Assembly: GCA_051294905.1 (NCBI GenBank)
Contig: CM119372.1
Coordinates: 9,178,001 to 9,242,000, forward strand
Length of the DNA stretch: 64,000 nt
Direction: 5' to 3'
Source of the DNA: Botryllus schlosseri
Lineage: Eukaryota
Shown: piece by piece, positions 36,088 through 45,717 of the stretch
How positions within the stretch are numbered: the stretch's first letter is position 1
How the letters are laid out: each line of letters begins with the position of its first letter
Made by a program: the position numbers and the translations under genes
Notes under the pieces: model-generated
Told to the model about the DNA's origin: nothing
Seen by the model: the letters and a program-made list of their open reading frames with translations, nothing else
Databases searched by the model: none

Positions 36088-36740
36088 CATATCAATACTA
36101 TCATTTGCATCCAGTGATGCGGACGAATGCTTAGACTATTCTGTTGAAGATTGATACCTCCTGGGATACATGTATAAATCAAGCTCTCTACACCTTCGGC
36201 ATAGCTCAATTTGCAGCTTTTGACAGTCCATGCGAACGAACTACGATCGTTTTCAGTTCACAACTACATATTTGAGTAGATTCGATTTGAAGTCAGTCAG
36301 TTCTACTTCTTCCTCAAGTAGTTTTTGGTTGCTTTTAAATGTAGCTTATTACTTCTATTGGTACTGGAGTAGATTTTTTCGTCGCTACTTCTACTTCTAT
36401 CTTGAGTAGCTTTCTTGTCTACTTTGTCCACCTCTGGAACAGACCATAGCTCCGTGACAATTTTTGTTTTTAGCGACTGGATGTGACTCTTCTTGGCCTA
36501 CAGCATGTAAATAAGGGGCATGCCCAAGAGATTTAAGAAAGGAAGGAAGCTACAAAATGAATGCTGCATGTGTGGGCAGGCGAGGTCGCTAAAAGTCGAA
36601 TTATGGCCCGGTAATCTTGAGGTCTTCAGTAGAAATTGCTCGTATTTCGATTTGAATGATGTGAAGATGCTCGACGACTGTCGGATATCCGGCGAGATGA
36701 TGTACCACACTACAGGTCCGGCATATAGGCTACTCTACTT

Positions 36741-37220
36741 CAGGGGTCACCAACCTTTTTGAAACTAGGAGCTACTTCGTAGGTGCTGATTGATGCGACG
36801 GGCTACCGTACCGCAGTCCATCCGTTTATCCGTGCTTAGTTGGATTTCTTCTCTTAGACATTCAGAGCTCTAGGCAGGGTTTTCGTCCGATACCATTAAC
36901 AGAAAACTCACTTACCGACCGTGACTCACACCAGTGTCTCCTGGCTCGCAGTTTCGTTGCCGCACTGCGCCCCAATCTCCGCGTCGAGACTCGTCGAATA
37001 TATTAACTATAGATTCCCGTTAAGTCTCAGGGTGGGCGAAGACGTGCAAGGTCCGGTCGAAAACTGCGTTTGTATGCTCAACTGCTGCTCTTATGAAAAC
37101 CTTTTCCGCTTCGAATTTCAAATCACTCAGTTCAATATTTGCTGCTGCGACCGCGGGCGAATCATTTGGTTCTCGCGGGCTATTGCGGTGGCTCGCAGGC
37201 ACCGCGTTGGTGACCCCTTG
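36741..37220. mobile_element. hAT (Charlie-like) MITE
   Basis: CAGGGGTCACCAAC...GTTGGTGACCCCT; flanks CTCTACTT/GACTACTT. Confidence 0.8.
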
Positions 37221-37414
37221 ACTACTTAATCTTAACTTTTACGTGCCAACGCGCTTTGTCAAAACTAATATATAGCAGGTAAAGTCACTCAAGTTTGAGT
37301 ACCAACCCGAAGACAAATCCAGAGATGGCCATAACGAAGTAGCCTACTTCTATTTTTCCGAAGTACCTAAGTAGTTCTGTATTTCCTTCAGTATATCAAT
37401 AATGTTTTCACAGT

Positions 37415-37784
37415 ATCATTATTATTATCATTATGATTCACAACAGTGGGGCTTATAGCCTGTTTAAGGCTTTGTGCTCCACGGCATTACAATTTGTACA
37501 GTACAAGGAATGCATTACTCCGTGTCTTCAATGTTCTTGCACTCTCTCAGGCACTCTCTTCAGGCAGTCTCTCTCTATCACGCGCGCTTCATCATTGTCT
37601 CTTTTGCTGCCGACTTGTAGTTCGGCCGACTGTGACTGGGCTATTTATAGGTCACTGCGACTGCAGTGAGGTCAGTGATGAGGAGCCCATATAACCTCCG
37701 ACACGTAGAAGTTAGTCCGAACCGGGATTCGAATCACTGCCGTCGTGACGCTGGCGCTTAACCAACTGCGCCACTCGCTTCCCC
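37415..37784 (-). mobile_element. tRNA-derived SINE (second family)
   Basis: Minus strand GGGGAAGCGAGTGGCGCAGTTGG (A-box) ... GATTCGAATCC (B-box), ~300-bp body, (ATA/ATG)n tail. Confidence 0.7.
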
Positions 37785-38503
37785 AATTTTTTCGCATGAC
37801 TAGGCTACACCTCAAGATGCGAAACAATGAAAATATAGGAATGTGTCTTTTAAATCAGACCCAACCAGGGCCTCTATAGGCGATGTAAAGTACTTGGAGT
37901 AGCTAGGCCATTTACACGAATAAATATATTGAGTAACTTAGGGTAGGCTACTTTTCGCTGTTTACAGTTTGTCAAGTAGAAGTATTATTATGTAAGAGAG
38001 AGAGAGACCAAGACGGAGAAATCAATATAGTCTAATTTCGAGGGGAGTCCAGAATTTTCGTCACGCCTTGCGCGAAATATATTATGGGAGAGACCAATTT
38101 TCACGAAAGTCTCGGTTAATAATATAATTTATGTAGCGGTTCCGTGCTGGTTGAAACCGTAGTCGCTCATATGACAATAAGTTTCATCACAGTAAATAGA
38201 GCTCAGCAAAACGTTTGTAATTGTACGATTTACGATATTTTCAATCGCCTTCTAATCGCGCAAAGCGTTATAGTGCAGTACCCGAAACAATCTATCCGTA
38301 TCGCCCATCATCTGATCAAGTATGGCTCTTATAATACGAAGGAGTGCGCCATGTACAATTGCAGGCTACATACCGTCACATATTCTGAAAGGGGCACTGG
38401 AGTGAAAAAATGGTGTAAAGGACCACTGTTCTATAGCATAGCTATCGCGTTTGCATATCACATGATGCGGTCGAATCCTTATGCTTTTGAAAATGGCATA
38501 GGG

Positions 38504-38953
38504 TAGGCTTACCATACGTCCTCTTTTAAGAGGATTTGTCCTCTTTTTTGACTTTTTTGAAAGTGTCCTCGGAGGACGCCCTTTTGTCCTCTTTTTTGAG
38601 ATTTTGTCCTCTTTTTTGAAAATTTAGGTCAGATTTAGAGAAAATTGCTAGTGATATGCCGCAAATTAGCGCAGAAGTGAAGCTCCGGCGGGTATTTCGG
38701 AGGGAAAAGCGGTGATTTCAGCTCTGAGCGAAAAGAAGACCTTTTTTTTAGTCATCCACCTGGCAATGTGGAGTGAAAAACGTGATTTTGAGCTCTGAGC
38801 GGAAGTGATGACCTTTTTTTTTTTTTTTTTTAGTCAACCGATCATGAAGTGGGAAAAAATTTACCGGTTTTTGAGAATTCTTCTCCAGTTTTGCATGTCT
38901 GAAATTTCTGAAAAAGTGTCCTCTTTTTTCATTTCCGAAATATGGTAAGCCTA
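38504..38953 (+). mobile_element. hAT-type MITE, family E
   Basis: TAGGCTTACCATA...TATGGTAAGCCTA; perfect TSD GCATAGGG. Confidence 0.92.
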
Positions 38954-38977
38954 GCATAGGGTGTATATATACTATTG

Positions 38978-39489
38978 TAGGGCTGGGCAAAATCGAGTAC
39001 CTGAGTGATTCGATTCTGAATCACGTGATATGCTTCGAGTCGAGTCGAGTAATCGAGTATCACTCATTATGACGTCATAACTGAATGGAATACGTCAAAG
39101 TTCAAATATGTGCCTTTTATGCGACCACAAAGAATATAATGCATGTTATCCGTCACATTAAATATATTTTAATAGTTTTCTGACCATACTGATTTCATTG
39201 CACTTGATGACAATGTTGCGGGATGATAATGACTTCGAAAATATGCTATTTCCAGTAACGTTCGTAGCTTTGTACTATATGTTTCGTATGCTACGCTACG
39301 GCCAATCAAGGTTGCAAGGCTTCGACAGTGAAAATTAGAATCGAAACTATAATTCTCGTTGATATATTAATTTCCAGTGGCGAGGAGCGTATAATTTCAG
39401 TCCTCGGAAAAATCGTCTTTTACTACTCGACTCATCAAAATTTCTACTCGATTCAGATTCGAGTACTCGAATCATTGTGCCCAGCCCTA
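38978..39489 (+). mobile_element. MITE, family C (TAGGGCTGGGCA termini)
   Basis: TAGGGCTGGGCA...TGCCCAGCCCTA; inverted second copy 66 bp downstream. Confidence 0.85.
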
Positions 39490-39555
39490 GAGTACAGGAA
39501 CACAAACCCAGCTCTCTGCACCGTTCGCAGATGCCAATTTCGAGCTTATGATGAT

Positions 39556-40433
39556 TAGGGCTGGGCACAATGATTCGAGTAATAATTTTAATGATTTGAG
39601 TCGAATAGTAAAAGACGATTTTTTCGAGTACCGAAATTGAACAGCTTCTTTGAGGTACAGAACTTCAATATACAATTGAATAGTATATTCATATTGAAAT
39701 GAACCCGAATATTTTCGGCTGACACTCGTCAGGGGTAATCGTCCGCAACTAGTAGAGAATTCGAAAGAACAGCGTATATCAACAATCGTAACACAAAATA
39801 TGACGTCACCAGCACGAAATGTCGAATACGAGAGCGTTCAATGTACTATTTTTAGATGATACACGAAATCTTTTCGTTGACACAGCCTTGGCTGGTGTAT
39901 TTTGATAAAAGTCGACTCCAAGGCACACAAATGAAAGTGTGAGCGACCCTTTCCGAGTATGCGAAATCTGTCGTCTCGATAATTTTTCGCACAGGCGGGA
40001 TTATCCAACCAGTGTTTGCCAATTGCAGAATTTATGGCCTTTGATTGTTCCGATTGTACCGAAATTGTACACTACTCGCCAGTGAAAGTTAATTTATCAA
40101 CGAGAATCATAGTTTCGATACTAATCTTCACTGAGGCCTTGATTGGCGGTATCATAGCATACGAAACATAACGTACAAAGCACTGGACGTAGCACATTTC
40201 CGAAGTCATGATTATCCCATAGCATATTCACTAAAATCGATATGGTCGAAAAAATACCTAAGTATCATTTATGAGATGGATAACAGGCATTATATTCTTT
40301 GTGGTCGCATAAACCTCACATATTTGAACTTTGACGTATAACATTCTGCTATGACATCATAATGAGTGATACCCGAAGCATATTACGTGATTCAGAATCG
40401 AATCACTCAGGTACTCGATTTTGCCCAGCCCTA
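39556..40433 (-). mobile_element. MITE, family C, longer inverted copy
   Basis: TAGGGCTGGGCACAATG...TTTTGCCCAGCCCTA; reverse complement of 38978-39489 with extra internal sequence. Confidence 0.85.
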
Positions 40434-41239
40434 ATGATCCCTGAGAGCGAATTTATGGCTGCGTTTTAAAACTACTTAATCGAGTAGTTTTGAAAGACAG
40501 CACATTCGACTTTTACCACCTCTGCACAAATCTCTGTAAAGCTGTTACACATCCTGCCTACATACATACATACATGTACAAATATACATACATATACACA
40601 GCATTGATTTTTCTCAACTCAACCTCCCTTAGTTGGTACGCTTACTTCTTGACGTGTTGTGTTGATTGCAAATTAGTACTATAGGCTTTTCATTAAAAAG
40701 GTACCCAAGTACCATGCTCCATATACGAAACAGAGGAGAGGTAAATCATATATTCGTACAACTGGTACAAGCATGAAAATGGTACCGGAACATGAATGTC
40801 TGAATACCTTCATATCAAGGGATACTGCAATACTTAAGCTCAGGAGAGAGGATAATAACACCGGGTTTCCTCACATTGAATCTGAGATACCATTCACATT
40901 CACATTTTCTGAGACCAAAAGACCAAATTTTGCAGTAAAGAGAACCATGTGGATCAATCCACTGGGTACGCTATCTAAGGCCAAAAGATTACGCTAATGA
41001 GGAAATGAATGTTTTTCTCATGCACCATAAGGAATGAACAATGAACACACACATACTAGTCAGAGTTGCCGCACATTTAGTAATATACTAGAGAAGAAGG
41101 GTATCTCAAAATAAAGTTTGCATCGGTGAGGCAATAAAGAGAAGCGGGTTTGAACCCACAAATAAATATAATATATTTCAAACAGCATTAAACTTAGTGT
41201 GAATATGAAATGATAGTCTAGGCTACGCTACAAGCGCCG

Positions 41240-43957
41240 TTAAATAGCAGTGTACGGTCCGATGTAATGCATACAAAAACCGCTCGGTCTTGAAGACGTC
41301 GGAGAAGGAGGCTCTGCGGGCTTCTGCATCTGGTGCAACAAATTCAAAATCTGCTGCGCTGCGAGGTTGTCCGCTTCATTTTGAATGTGCTTTGGATGGT
41401 GAACTTGAGTTACAGTGGACTGACTCGAATCGCCGGACTCAGTCTTTGGAACCAAACCCGGTTGTGGTAAAGTGACATCGGGGTCACTAATTAGAGATTC
41501 TTTGCTCGAACCGAGTTCATCGTCGCCATTTTGCAGTTTCGAAGGAGTTGATAAGCCGGATTTAAGGACTGTGCCAACTAAGGTTTGCAATTGTTCCACT
41601 TTACCTCTCATTTCTTCCCTTTCTTGTATAATAGACGATATATACGCGTCCTTTTCATGGTGTCTCTGCTTCAGTAGTTGCCTTTGATTGTGATACAAAG
41701 TGATGTATTCTCCGATAGTGTCGCATTCGTTTTGAAGTTGCGTATTCGCATGTTCCAACATTTCGACGCGGTTCATCAAGTCAGCACGCTCTTGCATGAC
41801 TGACGTAAACTTTTGCTGCAACATCTCCATCATTTTTGGATCGGCTGAAACAGGCTCGGAGGCTTTACTATCAGAGATCGGTTCTGGATATGAAATCATT
41901 CCGTTGTCTGTGTTTGATTCATTAACATTGTCTACAATGATCGGATCATCAATCTCATTTTGAATAACAGTTTCAGGTCCTGGAATTCCAATCATCTCGT
42001 TTTCAGAACCAACACTTTTACCAATTTCAGGCACGTTAGATTCGACATCTACAAGATTGACGACACTCCAATCTGGTGAAGGCACTTCATTTTCATCATC
42101 CTGATATTTTGCATCTTTTAGTACATCCGACTCATTTTCCATTACGTTTGTGGGAGCAACATGAGGAATGGTGACATTTTCCGTCTGGTGAAGCGCATAG
42201 GGTCCATTAGTTTGAGTTTGCGTCATATGAATATGGCGTTCACTATCTTCTAATACAGATAATTTATTCTTATCGTTTGCAAGTTCAAGTTTTGTAACAT
42301 GTAGCGTGTCTGTTAATTCTTTCAAACGATGACTCAAATTCCTATTCACAGCTTCAAGAGTACTAAGTTGTGTGGCCAAGTCCATTTTATCATTGCTTAT
42401 AGTAATAAACATGTTTTGTATTTCTTCGAGCTGCTCTTTCAATTGCTTGTTTTGAGACAGCGCTCGGGAAATCGTGACTTTATCGTTACGTGAAGTGTCC
42501 AGAAGACTTTCATGATCTTGAATCACAGATTTAGATTCATGCAATTCATTTTCCAATCGGTGAATCTGCATTTCTCTTTCTTGCAGCATCTGTGATAACT
42601 GTCTGTTATTGTTAGTAAGTGCCAATACAGCTTCGTCAAAAATATCATCAGTTTGACATGAGCTATCGGTAGTGGTGATTGTTGCTTCAGGCTGCGGTAC
42701 ATCCTCGGGCTGTACGATTTCCGGATTATTAGATTCCTCCCCTGGTTCAGGAACCTGTATACATTTTTCTAAAGCTTCTTGCAAAGTCAGAATTTGCGAT
42801 TGTAAATCCTGTATGTGGTTTTCCCAATCCCTTTTCGAATCGGTGTGTTGTTTGATTATATGGTCTCTCTCATCTGCCAACTTTTCCAGCGCAAGATGCA
42901 GGTTTTGCAGATCATGAGACAAATGCCTGTTTTCCGCTTCCAGCCGTGCCGTGTCGGACATTTCATCTTTCCTCGTGGAATACTGCTGAAGAAGCACTTC
43001 GGCCATGTTCAGTTTCTCTTGCAAGTCACTGTGTGACACAACTACTTGATTTAACTCAGACTCGCGCATATTCAATTTCATACTTAATTCAGACGTTTGA
43101 AGTTTTTCTCTTTCGAGCAACTGCGCTAGTTTCATGGATTCTTCTCGGTAACTCTCGTGTTCAGTCTTTAATGGTTCGATGGTTGATTGCAAAGTTGTTA
43201 TCAAGTGTTTTTGTTGGCCGATTTCTGCTACACATGCATCAATCTGCTTCTTATAGCTTTGAAGCGTCTCTTGCAATACCATTTGTTCGGCATTTTCTGA
43301 CTGAGCCTTCATTTGTACATCGTTGAGACGGCGCTGCAAATCCTGCTTTTCCGAGACTAGTATTTCAATGGTTTGTTTCTGTGCTTCAAGTTGGGAATGC
43401 GCTGTATCTGATTCTGCGTTTTTCTGTGACAACGTCGACACATATTCTGATAATTGCTGATATTGCGCTCTCAATTGCTTCCGTTCAACTTCAACAGCAC
43501 CAAGTCTTTCCATCAATTCAACATTTCTGCTTTGTAAATCCTTTATAGTATCATCTCTTCTTTGTAAATCCTTCATCGTATCATCAAGAAGCGCAGGGAT
43601 GTTTTCCGATGAGTTGGATTGTTCCGATAGGGTTTTAGTTGCGCCACTGAAGTACAAACCAGTACCGTTTTCTGTCAAGCTTTCAACTTCAGCAATCAGT
43701 CCATTCAAAGTGGACGAAACTTGCATTATGGATTCTGCACTACTACCAGTGCTACCAGAACGTGGTGCTTGCAAATTGTCATTTGCAGCTGAAGTAGCAA
43801 TGATGCCATGACCATTGCTTGTGAGTTCAGTACTTTGTTGATGATTGGTTACCATTTGAACTTCGTTTTCTTTAGCAGGTGGTGCTTTCACCTCCCGTTT
43901 CCGTCTGAAGTTTTCCAGCTTCTTACGAGCTGATGAGATTCTCGCTTTTTTATCCAT
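41240..43957 (-). CDS. GOLGA2: Golgin subfamily A member 2 (GM130), single coding exon, 905 aa
   Basis: Basic N-terminus (ISSARKKLENFRRK); coiled coils with TIEILVSEK and ISRALSQNKQLKEQLEE; conserved C-terminal block TIGEYITLYHNQRQLLKQRHHEKDAYI; hydrophobic C-terminus YTAI. Confidence 0.93.
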   Translation of the reverse strand: MDKKARISSARKKLENFRRKREVKAPPAKENEVQMVTNHQQSTELTSNGHGIIATSAANDNLQAPRSGSTGSSAESIMQVSSTLNGLIAEVESLTENGTGLYFSGATKTLSEQSNSSENIPALLDDTMKDLQRRDDTIKDLQSRNVELMERLGAVEVERKQLRAQYQQLSEYVSTLSQKNAESDTAHSQLEAQKQTIEILVSEKQDLQRRLNDVQMKAQSENAEQMVLQETLQSYKKQIDACVAEIGQQKHLITTLQSTIEPLKTEHESYREESMKLAQLLEREKLQTSELSMKLNMRESELNQVVVSHSDLQEKLNMAEVLLQQYSTRKDEMSDTARLEAENRHLSHDLQNLHLALEKLADERDHIIKQHTDSKRDWENHIQDLQSQILTLQEALEKCIQVPEPGEESNNPEIVQPEDVPQPEATITTTDSSCQTDDIFDEAVLALTNNNRQLSQMLQEREMQIHRLENELHESKSVIQDHESLLDTSRNDKVTISRALSQNKQLKEQLEEIQNMFITISNDKMDLATQLSTLEAVNRNLSHRLKELTDTLHVTKLELANDKNKLSVLEDSERHIHMTQTQTNGPYALHQTENVTIPHVAPTNVMENESDVLKDAKYQDDENEVPSPDWSVVNLVDVESNVPEIGKSVGSENEMIGIPGPETVIQNEIDDPIIVDNVNESNTDNGMISYPEPISDSKASEPVSADPKMMEMLQQKFTSVMQERADLMNRVEMLEHANTQLQNECDTIGEYITLYHNQRQLLKQRHHEKDAYISSIIQEREEMRGKVEQLQTLVGTVLKSGLSTPSKLQNGDDELGSSKESLISDPDVTLPQPGLVPKTESGDSSQSTVTQVHHPKHIQNEADNLAAQQILNLLHQMQKPAEPPSPTSSRPSGFCMHYIGPYTAI

Positions 43958-44651
43958 CGCGCCACATCAAAGAAAATATACCGCGGATAAAGGTTCGGTG
44001 TGGAGAGGGATTGAGATCCGCGCTGCTATGAGTTAGCTTTCAAATTTTGTTTTTCAAATCAAATTGAGTACATTTGGCACCGTGAAAACGAATTAAATCG
44101 CCAAGTTGATCGTCTAGTTTTGTATTGACGGCTCTTCAACGCGTCACCTTCTACTTCCGGATTCTCGTTCATGCGTGGCAAATGATCAACTAACTAAGAT
44201 AAAATGATCTTATCGTCAGTATCAGTCAAATAATCATGTCGGATAACCTCATATCGCTCAAGGGATTCGACCCGAACTGTTATCATTTTGTAGTATTCAA
44301 ATATTCAAGTTATCTCATGCTCGAAGAACATTAAATGATTGTGTGCAAGTAAAGTCGTAGCCTTTATAAACCATTTCTTACAAGTAATGAAACGTCCTTT
44401 TACAAAGGTGACAGTTAGCGTTTCGAGACTCTTAGTAGCATTATTTGGGCTTGTTCCTATACATAATGGAGTTGTTGATCGTAATAAGATAGATTTCCCA
44501 ATCAAAAGAATTCTATTATAGCCAATTTGTATATAAAGTTGAATTAGAAATATATCCGCTGTGCTACTCGACGAGGTGATATATACACCTGGTGCGCTAC
44601 CAGTTAGTAGGGTCTATCTGTTTTGAAATCAATTTTATAAATACATACAAC

Positions 44652-45503
44652 GGTTGCCAGTAAACTCGCCCCAAAGTAAATTCGGCCCGTCGAATTCGGC
44701 CCTCGGTCACTTTGGCCGTCGGTGAATTCGGCCCTCGGTAAATTCGGCCAGGGTAACAACAACAGTTACAATACCATTATCTAACCTGAACCCTAACCCT
44801 AATCCTAACCTAACCCTAATCTAACCCTAATCCTAACCCTAATCCTAACCTAACCTAACCTAACCCTAATTCTAACCTAACCCTAATCCTAACCTAACCC
44901 TAATCCTAACCTAACCCTAATCCTCACCTAACCCTAATCCTAACCTAACCCTAATCCTAACCCTGAACCTAACCCCTAACCTCCAAATCACTTGATAATA
45001 TTATAATTTTGTAATATAATACACATTATTAGTTCGTAATACAATTTCACACAATGTTCTGCGAGGGCCGAATATACCGATTGAATTCGGCTGTCGGTAA
45101 ATTCGGCCCCGTAAACATCGGCATATATATATAGTATACATATATATATTTATACGCATACCCTGTTTTCCAAATCACTTGATAATAATATAATTATGAA
45201 ATTAATTCACGTTAATAGTTGGTAATACATTTTTATAAAAAATTCTCCGAGGGCAGAATTGACCGGTGAATTCGGCCGTCGGTAAATTCGGTCCCCGTGA
45301 ATATCCGCGCTATCTCCCGTGATTACGCGATCTACGCATACCCTGACATCCAAATCACTTAATAATAGTATAATTATGTAATTAATTCATGTTAACGGTT
45401 GGTAATACATTATAATACAATATTCTCGGTGGGCCGAATTTACTGATGTAATGGCCGAATTTGCCTGGGCCGAATTTACTTTGGGGCGAGTTTACTGGCA
45501 ACC
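44652..45503. mobile_element. GG-terminated TIR element carrying a telomere-like (CCTAA/CCCTAA) tract
   Basis: GGTTGCCAGTAAACTCGCCCCAAAGTAAATTCGGCCC...GGGCCGAATTTACTTTGGGGCGAGTTTACTGGCAACC; perfect 8-bp TSD CATACAAC; three internal CCAAATCACTT subrepeats. Confidence 0.9.
44780..44981 (+). repeat. Interstitial telomere-like repeat (mix of CCTAA, CCCTAA, TCCTAA)
   Basis: Directly visible ~200-bp tract. Confidence 0.95.
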
Positions 45504-45717
45504 CATACAACAGTGAAGCATGCGAGTAATCTTATGCCTTTGCTGGCAATTTTGCATTATTGATTTAACGAAATGAGTATTCCACTTGGCTATTCGCTAG
45601 AGCCCTTGTACTTATACTGACTGTGTTAGGTTTTACAATAACTACCAGTTTTTGACATTTCCTTTTCCAATATTCTTGCAGCTATCAGCTTTATATTCAA
45701 GAATATTTTTCAGCAAC

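Noticed and set aside
27000..41200. Hidden protein-coding gene or autonomous transposase in the large intergenic region
   Set aside because: Only short ORFs inside MITEs and decayed LINE pieces are present, with no coherent exon chain or intact transposase/RT.
41290..43811. Plus-strand ORFs overlapping GOLGA2 (and similar ones over CAMSAP, PHF10 and GCC1)
   Set aside because: These are antisense shadows of coiled-coil or low-complexity coding sequence.
44780..44981. True telomere or chromosome fusion scar
   Set aside because: The tract is short, mixes unit types and is enclosed by TIRs with a perfect TSD.
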